This document shows positions 19,530 through 29,708 of a stretch of 64,000 bases of DNA, one piece after another; position 1 is the first letter of the stretch; every line of letters begins with the position of its first letter. The stretch spans positions 64,001 through 128,000 of the IMG/VR virus record IMGVR_UViG_3300014204_000002. One strand, written 5' to 3'. The translations under genes and the position numbers were made by a program. This stretch comes from a virus. Taxonomy: Duplodnaviria > Caudoviricetes. Under the pieces are notes generated by a model. That model saw only the letters and a program-made list of their open reading frames with translations. It was not told the origin of the DNA and made no database searches.

Positions 19530-20462
19530 TCATGTGGAAACTGTGGAAATCTTCATTATTCTGTCATTTGTGGCCTGCTGAAGGTAGGATTGAGGTAACG
19601 TCTTTGTACAGTAATACTGAGTCACCATATATGCGTCTGATCCCTCGTCTGCATCACGAACCTGCTCGACGGTTGGAATTTTTCCGCCAGTGTAGTTGTA
19701 ATGAATTGCAGTCTGAGGGCCTTTAATAACACACAGAGCAGTGTTCTGATCATTAAGCTTCCGTGAACCCTTGAACGTAAATCCAAGTTTCTGAGTAAGC
19801 CACGAGTCAACTGCATCAGTGCGCAGACGTCCCATATTTCCACCAGAAGTCCCATTATCACGGAACATCTCAGGAAGCTTGAGCCGACCGAAGAGTTTCA
19901 GTGGGTAATACACAACAACGTCTTTCAGTTCGTTCTCGGTAACATTTGAGTTAGGCTTATCGAAGATTTCCTCAATGAGGTTTGCGATATCACCAACTAC
20001 ATCAGCCGCATTGTTATTCCACGGGGTTCCTGCTGCCTTGGTAGTTCCGGCACCATTCCAGAGTGCATTCAGAATATCGTTATCTCTGGCAATTGCCATA
20101 CCACGGGCGACAGCATCCATTGAATAGTTCCACTGGGTAGCCTCGTCGTTCCGAATACGGCTCTCATCATCGATCATGAGCTTAGACCGGTATTTGTTCA
20201 TTGAGAACCCGATATCGAAAAATCCTAATTTAGAATACTCCCCTGTAGCACCTTCGTTAATCTGATAGGTGGGCAGTGTGTGGTCTTTCGGGAATCTCAG
20301 GTGCTTGTCAAGAACATCGGTGTTCTCCATCACAACTGCGTCCATGAACTCAACGTATGAAAGAGTCTTGAACCACACGAGCTCGGCAATCATGTCTCTA
20401 CGAAGAGCGTCATAAGTCTGCCCGTCAGAGGTGTATATACCTGTATTATATGTCATATTCAT
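19530..20462 (-). CDS. Major capsid protein (probable HK97 fold)
   Basis: 310 aa; synteny portal-protease-decoration-MCP-adaptor; INEGATGEY...KYRSKLMIDDE pattern; GAGGTGA RBS. Confidence 0.75.
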   Translation of the reverse strand: MNMTYNTGIYTSDGQTYDALRRDMIAELVWFKTLSYVEFMDAVVMENTDVLDKHLRFPKDHTLPTYQINEGATGEYSKLGFFDIGFSMNKYRSKLMIDDESRIRNDEATQWNYSMDAVARGMAIARDNDILNALWNGAGTTKAAGTPWNNNAADVVGDIANLIEEIFDKPNSNVTENELKDVVVYYPLKLFGRLKLPEMFRDNGTSGGNMGRLRTDAVDSWLTQKLGFTFKGSRKLNDQNTALCVIKGPQTAIHYNYTGGKIPTVEQVRDADEGSDAYMVTQYYCTKTLPQSYLQQATNDRIMKISTVST

Positions 20463-20473
20463 TTTAATTCACC

Positions 20474-21037
20474 TCATACCTTCACGTAAGGCGTGTTTAT
20501 ACGGACCTTTACGAACTTTGCTCCTGCTGCGCCTAATGAGTTATCGGCTGCCAGTTCTGCGATACCAATGACCGTGTTGCCAGTCGTTGCGATAGATGCG
20601 AATCCACCAGTTGCTGCAGCGATTTCTGCATTCAGCGTGATGTTAATTCCTGCTGCAATCGGGACACCCACGAGCTGATCGGGAATCAGTGGCACGACAG
20701 TGACCGGCGTAAAGAGAATCTCGTCAGTTGCGAACCCGGATCCTGCTACATCGGCATCTAATGGGTAGAATGCAAGTGTGGCCCCGGTTAAATTACTGGT
20801 AATTGCAGTCGTCTTGAAGGACCAACCTTTTACTGCTGCTCCCGTGGCTGCGGGGACGGTAACAAGGTATCCATCTGCGCCAGAATCGTAATCTACGGCA
20901 GGCTTAAGGTCCATTAACAGACCGGCATACTTTACCTGATACGGACAGGCGTATGCAAAGTTACCTTCTCCAATGCGTCCACCATTTACGGTAGTTGAAG
21001 TAGTAACCCCTATTTTTCCTAATGCTGGATTAATCAT
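20474..21037 (-). CDS. Capsid decoration / cement protein
   Basis: Ala/Gly/Val-rich; C-terminal VIGIAELAA...VKVRI pattern; between scaffold and MCP. Confidence 0.6.
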   Translation of the reverse strand: MINPALGKIGVTTSTTVNGGRIGEGNFAYACPYQVKYAGLLMDLKPAVDYDSGADGYLVTVPAATGAAVKGWSFKTTAITSNLTGATLAFYPLDADVAGSGFATDEILFTPVTVVPLIPDQLVGVPIAAGINITLNAEIAAATGGFASIATTGNTVIGIAELAADNSLGAAGAKFVKVRINTPYVKV

Positions 21038-21074
21038 ATTTTTTACCTATTATGTACAGTTATATCACTGAGGA

Positions 21075-22253
21075 TCACTGTACTGGAATCCTCAGAGTTT
21101 TTGACAATCTTTCTGCTGTCTCTTGATCAAGTTGCATTTTGAGTGATTCTGCAAGACCAATGACCGTAGGTTTCGTTGATTGGTTCTTGCCTCCCTCAAC
21201 CCCGAGTGGTGTACTTTGTGGGGAGTTCATTGGCGTATTCTTGACAATTGCTACTTTGAGTGCGTCAAGAGTCTCAATCTTCAATTTAGTGTCTTTAATG
21301 TGAGCAACAAGTTTTTCAGGACTTTCCTGTCCGAGAGCGCGAAATTCTGCCAATTTAGCAGTATATGCGGCTTTCTCGTCCTTGTCGAGTTGTGCCTTGT
21401 AAGTTATGTTCTCTGCCTGCAGTTTGGTAAACTGGTCGAGCAGTTCCTTTGGAATATTTTCTGCTGGCTGTTCAGTCGATACCGGCTGCACCGTTGCTAA
21501 ATTATTAATAACGGATGGCTCTAAAGGCTGCGGAGTATTAGATTTTAATGCGGCGATTTCCTGCTGCATAGCCTCTAACTGCCCACCAATCTTGGTCGAA
21601 AATCCTTCGACTATCGACGCTGCAATATTTTTAGCAAAGTCCTGCGGATCAAATGCTGGCGTAGGAGTAGTCGGAGCGATCGGTGCAGTTGGCTGAACAA
21701 ATGTGTCTGTAGGAACCTGTGTTCCCTGTATATTTACGGTTGTTACGGGTTGTTCGTCAGGAACGGTCATAGAGTTTACCTCTGGGGCAGAAAATGCAAA
21801 CCGAGTCATGTTAACTTTAGTTTGCTGCATTGCTGGATTCGGGACAAAAGCAAGTTTCACAATCTTTCCACTGACAACTTTTCCAGAAGAGTCTTTTTCA
21901 AAATCAATGACTGGTGATATCGAATTGTAGCCCATAGCAATCGCATTTTTGACATTATCGGTATTAAACACGATTCCCTTATGGCCTATTCCAGTGTCGT
22001 TTTCAGCAAATTGCGTTGCGTGCCCAACTTCTTCCTGAAATCCATCCTCGTGCTTAATAACAAAAGGAATGGACTCGTCTATATTATTGAAAAGAAGTTT
22101 GGCGTCTTCCGGAGAGATATCTACTTTGTTTCCAGAATGTGAAATGAAGCTTCCAATTTCGAGGATGTTACCTTCTGTCTTGATTACATCCCCGACCTGT
22201 TTCCAGTTTGAAACATTGCTCGTGTTACTCGCATTGTTTAAATTTTCAGCCAT
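21075..22253 (-). CDS. Prohead protease-scaffold fusion
   Basis: N-terminal PFVIKH...YNSISP...LAFVPNPA protease-like motifs; Pro/Thr linker; coiled-coil C-terminus. Confidence 0.7.
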   Translation of the reverse strand: MAENLNNASNTSNVSNWKQVGDVIKTEGNILEIGSFISHSGNKVDISPEDAKLLFNNIDESIPFVIKHEDGFQEEVGHATQFAENDTGIGHKGIVFNTDNVKNAIAMGYNSISPVIDFEKDSSGKVVSGKIVKLAFVPNPAMQQTKVNMTRFAFSAPEVNSMTVPDEQPVTTVNIQGTQVPTDTFVQPTAPIAPTTPTPAFDPQDFAKNIAASIVEGFSTKIGGQLEAMQQEIAALKSNTPQPLEPSVINNLATVQPVSTEQPAENIPKELLDQFTKLQAENITYKAQLDKDEKAAYTAKLAEFRALGQESPEKLVAHIKDTKLKIETLDALKVAIVKNTPMNSPQSTPLGVEGGKNQSTKPTVIGLAESLKMQLDQETAERLSKTLRIPVQ

Positions 22254-22316
22254 CAGAAAACAAGTGCTGTTTTCCTACATATAAAGAAGTTCAATAAAAA
22301 GAGTTTACATAAAGTT

Positions 22317-23558
22317 GCCAAAGAATGCTCGTGACTTCAATCATGATAAGAATTTATAATATATGGAAAAGTATTAAATATTAAGCAGATCAATAATGTA
22401 CAGTGTCGCTTAAAGCCTATAAGTTTAGAATATATCCTACCAAGGCGCAAGAGACTGTGTTAGAACAGACTCTTGAAACTTGTCGTAGAGTATATAATAA
22501 AACTTTGGCTTTAAAAAGAGAAGTTTATGAAGCCACGAAGACCCACATCTCCCTGTTTGAAACCAATAAACAACTGACCCAATGGAAGAAGGAAGAACCA
22601 ATTTATCTAAAGAAAGTTCATTCTCAAGTACTGCAGAATGTACAAGTAAGAGTGGATCTATCATTTCAAGGATTTTTTCGAAGAGTTAAAATTGATTCCG
22701 CTAATGCCGGATACCCTATATTTAAGGCAAAAGGCAGGTATGATTCTATCACCTATCCTCAGCCCGGTTCAGCATTTAGATTGAGATCTGGTTGTATTGA
22801 ATTATCAAAGATCGGATCAGTTAAAATTAAACAACACCGAGCAATTGAAGGCAGCCCCAAAACTTGCATAGTTTTAAAAACATGTACTGGTAAGTGGTTT
22901 GTTTCAATCTGTTGCGAAGTTGAGAAGAAATCTAAACCAAAACGAGAGTTTAAAGCAATTGGAATTGATTTAGGTGTGAGAACACTTTGTGCCTTATCAA
23001 ATGGGGAAGAAGTCCTACCTCCAAGATTCTTAATGCAAGATGAAAAGATCCTTGCAAAAGCACAACGTAAGTTAAGTGCTGCTGAAAAAGGATCTAAAAT
23101 GAGAAAGAAGTGCAAGAAAGTAGTTGCGCATATTCATGAACGAATATCCAATAAACGTAAAGATTTCTGTGAGAAGTTAAGTCTATCTTTGGTTCAGACC
23201 TACTCTTTTATTGCATTTGAGGATCTGAAGATAAATGAAATGGTGCAAAGATCGGATTGCTATATCGAGAAACATATTCTAGATGCTGCATGGAACCAAT
23301 TAACAACCAGAACAATACGCAAAGCGGAAGATGCTGGTGCAAAAGTTGTGTTTGTTAATCCGTGTAATACTACTAAAATGTGTTCACAATGTGGAACGTT
23401 AGTACCAAAAGATAGAAGTGAAAAGGTACATAATTGTCCCGCGTGTGGTCTTTCCATAGGAAGAGATCATAATGCAGCAATCAATATACTCAGACTGGGG
23501 TTGCAGTCTGTGGGTTCAATCCCTATATGCCCGTCACTTTAGTGGTGAGAACAATCAC
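22317..23558 (+). mobile_element. IS200/IS605-family non-autonomous element (tnpB only)
   Basis: Left subterminal imperfect hairpin (GCTCGTGACTTCAATCATGA); right end with hairpin remnant ending TCAC at 23555-23558; antisense to the virion operon; ends approximate. Confidence 0.7.
22403..23542 (+). CDS. tnpB: RNA-guided endonuclease TnpB
   Basis: KAYKFRIYP N-terminus; RuvC motifs GIDLG, AFEDL, RDHNAAINI; zinc finger CSQCG...CPACG. Confidence 0.95.
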   Translation: MSLKAYKFRIYPTKAQETVLEQTLETCRRVYNKTLALKREVYEATKTHISLFETNKQLTQWKKEEPIYLKKVHSQVLQNVQVRVDLSFQGFFRRVKIDSANAGYPIFKAKGRYDSITYPQPGSAFRLRSGCIELSKIGSVKIKQHRAIEGSPKTCIVLKTCTGKWFVSICCEVEKKSKPKREFKAIGIDLGVRTLCALSNGEEVLPPRFLMQDEKILAKAQRKLSAAEKGSKMRKKCKKVVAHIHERISNKRKDFCEKLSLSLVQTYSFIAFEDLKINEMVQRSDCYIEKHILDAAWNQLTTRTIRKAEDAGAKVVFVNPCNTTKMCSQCGTLVPKDRSEKVHNCPACGLSIGRDHNAAINILRLGLQSVGSIPICPSL

Positions 23559-23566
23559 TTATGAGA

Positions 23567-25279
23567 TTATTCATATAATACAGACTTACTTACACTATCT
23601 CCCGAGTCAGTAGTTTGGGTGCCCGCAGATTTGGGTGTTGTGGGGCTGTTTACCTTCCCATCTGACCTGCCTCCTACAACGCCACCGAAATTAGCCTTTG
23701 TTTTCTCGATCTCCTGTTGTGCTTCAGTTTTAATTTTCTGCTGGTGTTCAAGGGACAATTCGTCAATTGAATGTACAATTTGGGTATTTCCACTAGTGAG
23801 AATTCCATCGTCCTTAATCTGCTGTTCGTTTAATGGCGCGAATCCAACTTCTTCTCTTATTTCGGTCGGTGTGAATGCCCCAATATCCTTCATTAACTGG
23901 GCAACTTTTAACTTTTCGAGCCGTGACGCCGCCAATTCGAAGTGAATCTTAACGTCTAGATGAGATACCGGGTAATCAGGATTAATCTGTAATAGTCGTT
24001 CCTTCATATTTTCAAGAATTACCTTGGAAATACGTTTTGCGATCTGCTCAACGCGCAGAGATGCCCCGGACGCAATAATCAACTCGCTTGCATACGACCC
24101 ATCGCTCTGACCCCTAATAACAGATGGTGGCATTCCGGCTCCATCCCAGATACTTCCGTCAATTTGCGCCAGTAATCCAGACGCATCCATATAAGAGTTT
24201 CCGGCATGTTCCAAGTTTTCAATTTTGACATTTGACGAAGTAACATGTTTTTGATCCGGCGCAAGAGTCTTTAGCCCTGCTGCATAACTCGAAATAAAAG
24301 ACCGTAGTGCTTTATCTGCCGCTTTACGTTTCTGCACTGGAGTTCCCGGAAACAATGCGACATTAAATGCATTCGCATCAATTATATGGTGCTCTCTGGG
24401 AACATTTGCCCATCTCCAAATCGTCTCAATGATATATACCTGCCGTTTCATCCAAATTGGAACAATGCAACGTTGTAATGGTGAGATTCCATAAATGCCG
24501 AAAGTCATCCGTTCACGATTATCAATGATATTCAGAGGCACATCTGACAATTTGAGGTGAATGAATTCGTCCTTTTCTAAAATCGTCTGTGTAGTAAAGA
24601 AATGTTCGTCAATTACAAGGAAGTTTTCATCGGTGATGATAGTATTTGGCGAAATAGCCCCGTCTATTCGAGCCTTGTCGTCTAATATAGTAATCCTGTT
24701 ATTTGGCAAGACTGTCAGGCTTAAATTGTCGTGCTTCTGTAAGTACAACTCGCCCTGTAAGTAAAGAATTGCGGCCCATGTCTCCATAATTGACGGAATA
24801 TCAATAAGACGCGAAATTTCGTTTGCGGTGTCCTTCATTTCATCGCGTAATCTTGATTTGCTAATGAGAGCACGTAGTTCTGGCTCTAATTGCCCGTCAT
24901 ATTCCTCGTTATTTAATTTTTCATAAATTTCGTCGGGAATAGAGTCAAGCATGGTATCACCAATCAACATAAAATAATTAAATGACGATCTCACCATTTC
25001 GGCAACTTTGTTTACTACTGCGGCAACTTCCGGTTCCCAGACATATAATTGCTCATAAATATCACGCTCGTTTAATTCTTCAAAATTAGATAAGCCGATG
25101 AGAAAGTTTGCAATAGATGACGTTATCTGCGTCGCGTTTGCTGCAGTTCCGTCTGCTGTATTGTGTTGTATTCCGGGGTCTTGAGATTTGTAACGATTAT
25201 ATGTTGCTGGCAATCCGACAGTTCTATTAAAGTTGTCAGCAGAAGAAAACATCTCGCGCACGCGATCCACTATTGTCAT
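23567..25279 (-). CDS. Portal protein
   Basis: 570 aa after terminase; FIHLK...FGIYGISPL and TPTEIREEVGFAPL motifs typical of portals. Confidence 0.85.
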   Translation of the reverse strand: MTIVDRVREMFSSADNFNRTVGLPATYNRYKSQDPGIQHNTADGTAANATQITSSIANFLIGLSNFEELNERDIYEQLYVWEPEVAAVVNKVAEMVRSSFNYFMLIGDTMLDSIPDEIYEKLNNEEYDGQLEPELRALISKSRLRDEMKDTANEISRLIDIPSIMETWAAILYLQGELYLQKHDNLSLTVLPNNRITILDDKARIDGAISPNTIITDENFLVIDEHFFTTQTILEKDEFIHLKLSDVPLNIIDNRERMTFGIYGISPLQRCIVPIWMKRQVYIIETIWRWANVPREHHIIDANAFNVALFPGTPVQKRKAADKALRSFISSYAAGLKTLAPDQKHVTSSNVKIENLEHAGNSYMDASGLLAQIDGSIWDGAGMPPSVIRGQSDGSYASELIIASGASLRVEQIAKRISKVILENMKERLLQINPDYPVSHLDVKIHFELAASRLEKLKVAQLMKDIGAFTPTEIREEVGFAPLNEQQIKDDGILTSGNTQIVHSIDELSLEHQQKIKTEAQQEIEKTKANFGGVVGGRSDGKVNSPTTPKSAGTQTTDSGDSVSKSVLYE

Positions 25280-25316
25280 ATGTTAACTAAAGTGGATTTA
25301 CAATATATAAAAAGAA

Positions 25317-25454
25317 TTAGTTTGTAAGATACATACAGATGGATTCTGCCCACATCTTGACCCTTACTTGTTCAGAAGGACTTATTTTATCGTAATCGGT
25401 ATTATTAGCATGGCAAATCATTTGTGCCACGCTCTCTATCTTAAGGTCGTCCAT
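25317..25454 (-). CDS. Small hypothetical protein (45 aa)
   Basis: ATG-started ORF MDDLKIESVAQMIC... filling the terminase-portal gap; translated by hand. Confidence 0.4.
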   Translation of the reverse strand: MDDLKIESVAQMICHANNTDYDKISPSEQVRVKMWAESICMYLTN

Positions 25455-25481
25455 TAATATTCCACTTTGATTTTCCTGTTA

Positions 25482-27998
25482 TTAAGCATAAAAATCCACA
25501 TAGTCATCATCTGCATTACAATAAACATCAAGGCCGGAATATGAATCAAATGTTGCAGCACATCCAATTGTTGTCATGCCTGAATAATCAACTGAATCAT
25601 CTGATTCAAGATACCAGATACAATTTGCCACGGTATCGGCACTATCCTTCGAATTATGCACGTAAATTCCGGCCATTAATGCAAAATTGCTCCATTTATC
25701 GACTTCCAGATCATAAACTGGCACCGGATTATCTAAAGTTATCTCCTTTTTGGATACAACGATTATATCAAGTCCTGATACGGGCATCAACTTATCTGAT
25801 CTTGCAAGATCTTTCACTTGTTTGTAATCGCCGTGTTTTAACATGAATGGATGATCTGGCGTGCAGGTAATAATGTTGCCGTTAGATAAGGTGACTTCGA
25901 GCAATTCTGTTACGTATTTTGTCAGGCGTGCCTTTGCTCTTCCGGATCTCAATTTTCCCTCGTCATTGCACGAGCACACCCAGACATGATCCATGTTGGT
26001 TAATGACTCGATTGGAACATATTGTCCGTCGAGCAATTTGACCTTTGTATCGCCAGTAAAGCAGCCATTCCACGGATGATCTACTTTCGCCTTTCCACCA
26101 GTCATAATTTTAATAAACAGGGCATTACATTCAGTTTCTAAATTGTCGTCGTATACTACGTTTAATTTGGTGTTGGATAGCCCTTCCTGTAATTCGCGCC
26201 ACCGATCGTAGTCTTCTTTTGCAACAATGTGTTTTACGATTTCGAGGCCAAGATCGCGCTCTACCGCTTCTAGAATTTCAGGATACATATGTACATCATA
26301 TAGGAAGGCGTATACATTAAGGTTCATACACGCATGTATAATAAAATTCTTGATATCTGATGGAAGCACGGTAGCATCTGTGTCTCCCATTTTTTCAAAT
26401 CGCTTAACTCCATCTATTATAACAGTGCCAACTTCTGTTGCTGGATTAATATGTTTATAACCAACTGATATACCAAAAGAATCGTTTTTATATGCAGGAT
26501 CAATTGACATTACACGAGGAATTGCCTTTATTTCCTTTTGCAACGTCTCGTAATTTGCGTCAAGCACGTTTAAAATCGTCTTATCGAGTTTAATGCCTTC
26601 TGGGAACTGCAATCCTGACGACATCTGCGGCTCATTTGCAAAATCACGGTAAAATCGCGCTCTGTCACCCTCACAAGTCTCTAATAAGTATTCTTGTGTA
26701 ACAGTCGGGTTAAATTCCCACGTTTTATACATGTAGGCTCTAGCAAGTCGATTACCTTCTTGCTTTTTGAACTGATTATGAAGAGCCATTTGGCGCCCAT
26801 TCTGTGATTTCAACGATGATAACACAATAATTTTACCGTCGCGCTTAAATGTTTCAGTTGAATTTGCCAATTTAGTAAAAACGGCCTCAGAATCTATCTG
26901 AGTATCGGAATCCGGGAAATAATCGTATTCATCAGCAATAAAACACTTATTTGTGTAACCTGCAAGAGTAGTAGCCTTGGCAGCCATAACCTGAGCCAAT
27001 ACATTTTTGCGAGGTTCTTCAATCTGATATGTATCAAAAACCAAATCAGGAAAATTAAGTTCAAACCATGGATTTCCTTCAATTAACGCTCGCATTGAGG
27101 CAAATACACCGTCTTTTGCCTGTTTCATTGAAGGGCATAAACAAGTAAGCGCAATAGTTGAACCTTTCCCGGATTTACCTGTCATTAACCCAAAATGTTT
27201 TGCCGGACTCGCCCATGAAATAACCTCAACAAGTTCATAAGCCATAATAGTCGCCGTAAGCGTCGTTTTTGACGAATTATGCACTAATATTCCGTTTGCG
27301 ATATAACAGTTTCCAGACGGAACATACAAATCATACATCTCACAAGTAAATTCTTCTTTATCCCATCCTCTGACTGTCGATTCATAAAATTCACCATTGT
27401 AACTATTATAGCAAGTAATTGAATCTCCAGAGTTAATCTCTGATAAAGGCACCCAAATATCATTTATTTTAAACTTGTGATCTTTTGAACAATATATTGT
27501 TACTCCATCTTCAAGTAGCATTTTACACTGACTTTTAAATCCCGTATAAAATACCATACCAACATTGACCCACCCAATAGGATTTTTAACATGAATCATC
27601 TCTCCTAAGTGAAATCTATTATATAAGTCTTCTATTGTAATTGTTCCATATTCCCAAGTTAGAATGCCTGTATCACCACGAAGGCATCTCTGGCCTAAAG
27701 TGAGACTTAATTTCTTGATTGGGAGCAATGATGGATCATATTTATGGCCGTAAAACTCCTGTATGATTTCTTTTTGTTTGGGCCACATTGAGCGAGGGGA
27801 GCCATCTTCTGCGGGGCCTGGAAATCCTAAAATGTCCTCGATGAAATAAATGGGATCAGATCTGATTCGCTCCATTTCGAACATGAAGTCGAGATAATCT
27901 ACACCATCAAGTGTTTCGCCATCAGATATTTGGTATTCACCTTCCGGGATGGCAAGACGACTATTCTTCTTCGGTCTTCCGGGAGGCATTATTACCAC
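25482..27998 (-). CDS. terL: Terminase large subunit with two mini-inteins
   Basis: After intein removal: WPKQ Q-motif, Walker A GQR|SSKT, Walker B FIADE, nuclease SIDPA...DSFG and G|SKDSAD. Confidence 0.9.
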   Translation of the reverse strand: MVIMPPGRPKKNSRLAIPEGEYQISDGETLDGVDYLDFMFEMERIRSDPIYFIEDILGFPGPAEDGSPRSMWPKQKEIIQEFYGHKYDPSLLPIKKLSLTLGQRCLRGDTGILTWEYGTITIEDLYNRFHLGEMIHVKNPIGWVNVGMVFYTGFKSQCKMLLEDGVTIYCSKDHKFKINDIWVPLSEINSGDSITCYNSYNGEFYESTVRGWDKEEFTCEMYDLYVPSGNCYIANGILVHNSSKTTLTATIMAYELVEVISWASPAKHFGLMTGKSGKGSTIALTCLCPSMKQAKDGVFASMRALIEGNPWFELNFPDLVFDTYQIEEPRKNVLAQVMAAKATTLAGYTNKCFIADEYDYFPDSDTQIDSEAVFTKLANSTETFKRDGKIIVLSSLKSQNGRQMALHNQFKKQEGNRLARAYMYKTWEFNPTVTQEYLLETCEGDRARFYRDFANEPQMSSGLQFPEGIKLDKTILNVLDANYETLQKEIKAIPRVMSIDPAYKNDSFGISVGYKHINPATEVGTVIIDGVKRFEKMGDTDATVLPSDIKNFIIHACMNLNVYAFLYDVHMYPEILEAVERDLGLEIVKHIVAKEDYDRWRELQEGLSNTKLNVVYDDNLETECNALFIKIMTGGKAKVDHPWNGCFTGDTKVKLLDGQYVPIESLTNMDHVWVCSCNDEGKLRSGRAKARLTKYVTELLEVTLSNGNIITCTPDHPFMLKHGDYKQVKDLARSDKLMPVSGLDIIVVSKKEITLDNPVPVYDLEVDKWSNFALMAGIYVHNSKDSADTVANCIWYLESDDSVDYSGMTTIGCAATFDSYSGLDVYCNADDDYVDFYA
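25653..26063 (-). mobile_element. Mini-intein 2 (137 aa) in terminase nuclease domain
   Basis: Starts CFTGDT; block B CTPDHPF; ends VYDLEV...IYVHN followed by Ser; no endonuclease. Confidence 0.9.
27276..27686 (-). mobile_element. Mini-intein 1 (137 aa) in terminase Walker A
   Basis: Starts CLRGDT; block B CSKDHKF; ends MYDLYV...ILVHN followed by Ser; no endonuclease. Confidence 0.9.
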
Positions 27999-28497
27999 TC
28001 ATCAAGGCTTTTTGTTCTTTTATATTTGAGATGAGCGTAGGACGACATACAGGACAAGCATTTTCGACAATTGATGCCGTTACCAAGCGCAAATTCTCCT
28101 GTGCCTCGATATACTTCAGTTTAAAGGTGTCACCACGAGAAAACTTGCCCTCTAACTCAGCTAACAATTTAAGAGTTTCACGAGTTTCTTTCATGAGTTT
28201 CATACCCCGATCCATATTGTGGGTACCAAACTCTTCTGCTTCCATCATGAACGCAAGCCATTCTTTCAGGCGTATATGCATCATGATCACTTCTCGCTTA
28301 ATGAAGTCAGGATCGTTTAACAAATCCATGACATCAACTGCTTCTTGTTTACAATCGTGTTCATTGATGTGAATAAGCACATCTTCGACACTCATATTAA
28401 ATTCGATGGCCGCATTACTAACCTTTTTAACGCCAAGATTGAGTTCTGCTGACCAACGAGCGCCGTAATTACCGGCGTTGCAAATGTTACAGCCCAT
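27961..28497 (-). CDS. Probable terminase small subunit
   Basis: Immediately upstream of and overlapping terL; CxxC plus HTH-like segment with HxxxH; helical; own TATA promoter. Confidence 0.6.
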   Translation of the reverse strand: MGCNICNAGNYGARWSAELNLGVKKVSNAAIEFNMSVEDVLIHINEHDCKQEAVDVMDLLNDPDFIKREVIMMHIRLKEWLAFMMEAEEFGTHNMDRGMKLMKETRETLKLLAELEGKFSRGDTFKLKYIEAQENLRLVTASIVENACPVCRPTLISNIKEQKALMSGNNASRKTEEE

Positions 28498-28567
28498 TAT
28501 ACGGGCTATTTGGCCTTACCGGTATTTAAACTAAAAATACTTATAGAATTAAGTCAAATATAAAACG

Positions 28568-28729
28568 ATGAATCTAACAGAAAGAAACGAAAAAATAGAA
28601 TTACTGAAACAACAGGCACAAGAACCCATCAATGATCTACAAAGTAGAGTTACACAATTAGAAAATGAGATCGAGACATTAAAACAAGAAATCAGAAAGT
28701 TAAATAATAGAACAACTATAAGATTTTAA
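28568..28729 (+). CDS. Small coiled-coil protein (53 aa)
   Basis: MNLTERNEKIELLKQQ...LQSRVTQLENEIETLKQEIRKL heptads; TATA-like box upstream; below ORF-track cutoff. Confidence 0.55.
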   Translation: MNLTERNEKIELLKQQAQEPINDLQSRVTQLENEIETLKQEIRKLNNRTTIRF

Positions 28730-29661
28730 GTTGATCTAATAAATTTCTCTATTATGGCATTTGCTTCTTCTTGTGAAGAAACTGCTCCATTATCTTTGTA
28801 TCTGGGATCTGTTGAGTAATCGGTGTCATCTCCCAGACGATATCCATTATCATTTCCAGAAGATGTATAATGATAAAACCCATCCTCGTTTATAGACACA
28901 TCGCTTTCCTTTAAATCTGGATGCTTGGCCTTTAACTGTTGCCATTTAGCCACTGCAGCATCTGTTGAGGCTACATTTTCATCAGGCGTATATTTGCGAG
29001 GCACATCATATATATCGGCATACATATCGTAATTTTTCTGATACTCTGTTTTGCTATCGTAATCCTTTCCATATGCCTTTAGGTATGGATCGTTACGTGC
29101 TGTGTCAATCTTGGCCCGCAATTCAGCCTCTCGTGCCTTCTCAAGATATATAAAACTGGCATACAGTGTTATACTCGAATGCTCTGAATAATATGGCTTT
29201 AATTCTTGATAACCATCTCTATATAGCCGTTCAGCCGTCTGGGTCTTTGCATAGTTAATCATCTTCTGATCAGCATTTCTATGTGCAATTATATCCTGCC
29301 AATGAAGCCCGTATAACTGCAAGTTTTTCTTAATTAGAGTGTTATCATAGTATTCATCAGTGAAACCATAATTGATTTTGGCAATCATGTTAATGCCGTC
29401 AGATGACACGACTGGCAAATCATATTTATAATCCGCATAAAATGTTACCTGTTCTATAGGAGGTGCTAAAAATGGAATAGCAGGCTTCCAGTAACTACCA
29501 CCGTCTCTAACCATGTGATATTCGCCATTATCCATGAACATTACCGGTGCATCGTAAACCAGCCCGATATCTGCAGGATAAACTACCTGAAATCCGGGAT
29601 GCAATATTCCAAATCCTCCAATTAGCAACACAATTATAGTTGCAGCCACTATTTGATTCAT
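28726..29661 (-). CDS. Membrane-anchored SPFH/band-7-like protein
   Basis: N-terminal TM helix then FQVVYPADIGLV...GSYWKPAIPF...VVSSDG pattern. Confidence 0.5.
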   Translation of the reverse strand: MNQIVAATIIVLLIGGFGILHPGFQVVYPADIGLVYDAPVMFMDNGEYHMVRDGGSYWKPAIPFLAPPIEQVTFYADYKYDLPVVSSDGINMIAKINYGFTDEYYDNTLIKKNLQLYGLHWQDIIAHRNADQKMINYAKTQTAERLYRDGYQELKPYYSEHSSITLYASFIYLEKAREAELRAKIDTARNDPYLKAYGKDYDSKTEYQKNYDMYADIYDVPRKYTPDENVASTDAAVAKWQQLKAKHPDLKESDVSINEDGFYHYTSSGNDNGYRLGDDTDYSTDPRYKDNGAVSSQEEANAIIEKFIRST

Positions 29662-29708
29662 ACAATCTTATTATTCGTCCAGACTTAAATAGGTATCGGC
29701 TCGATGAT

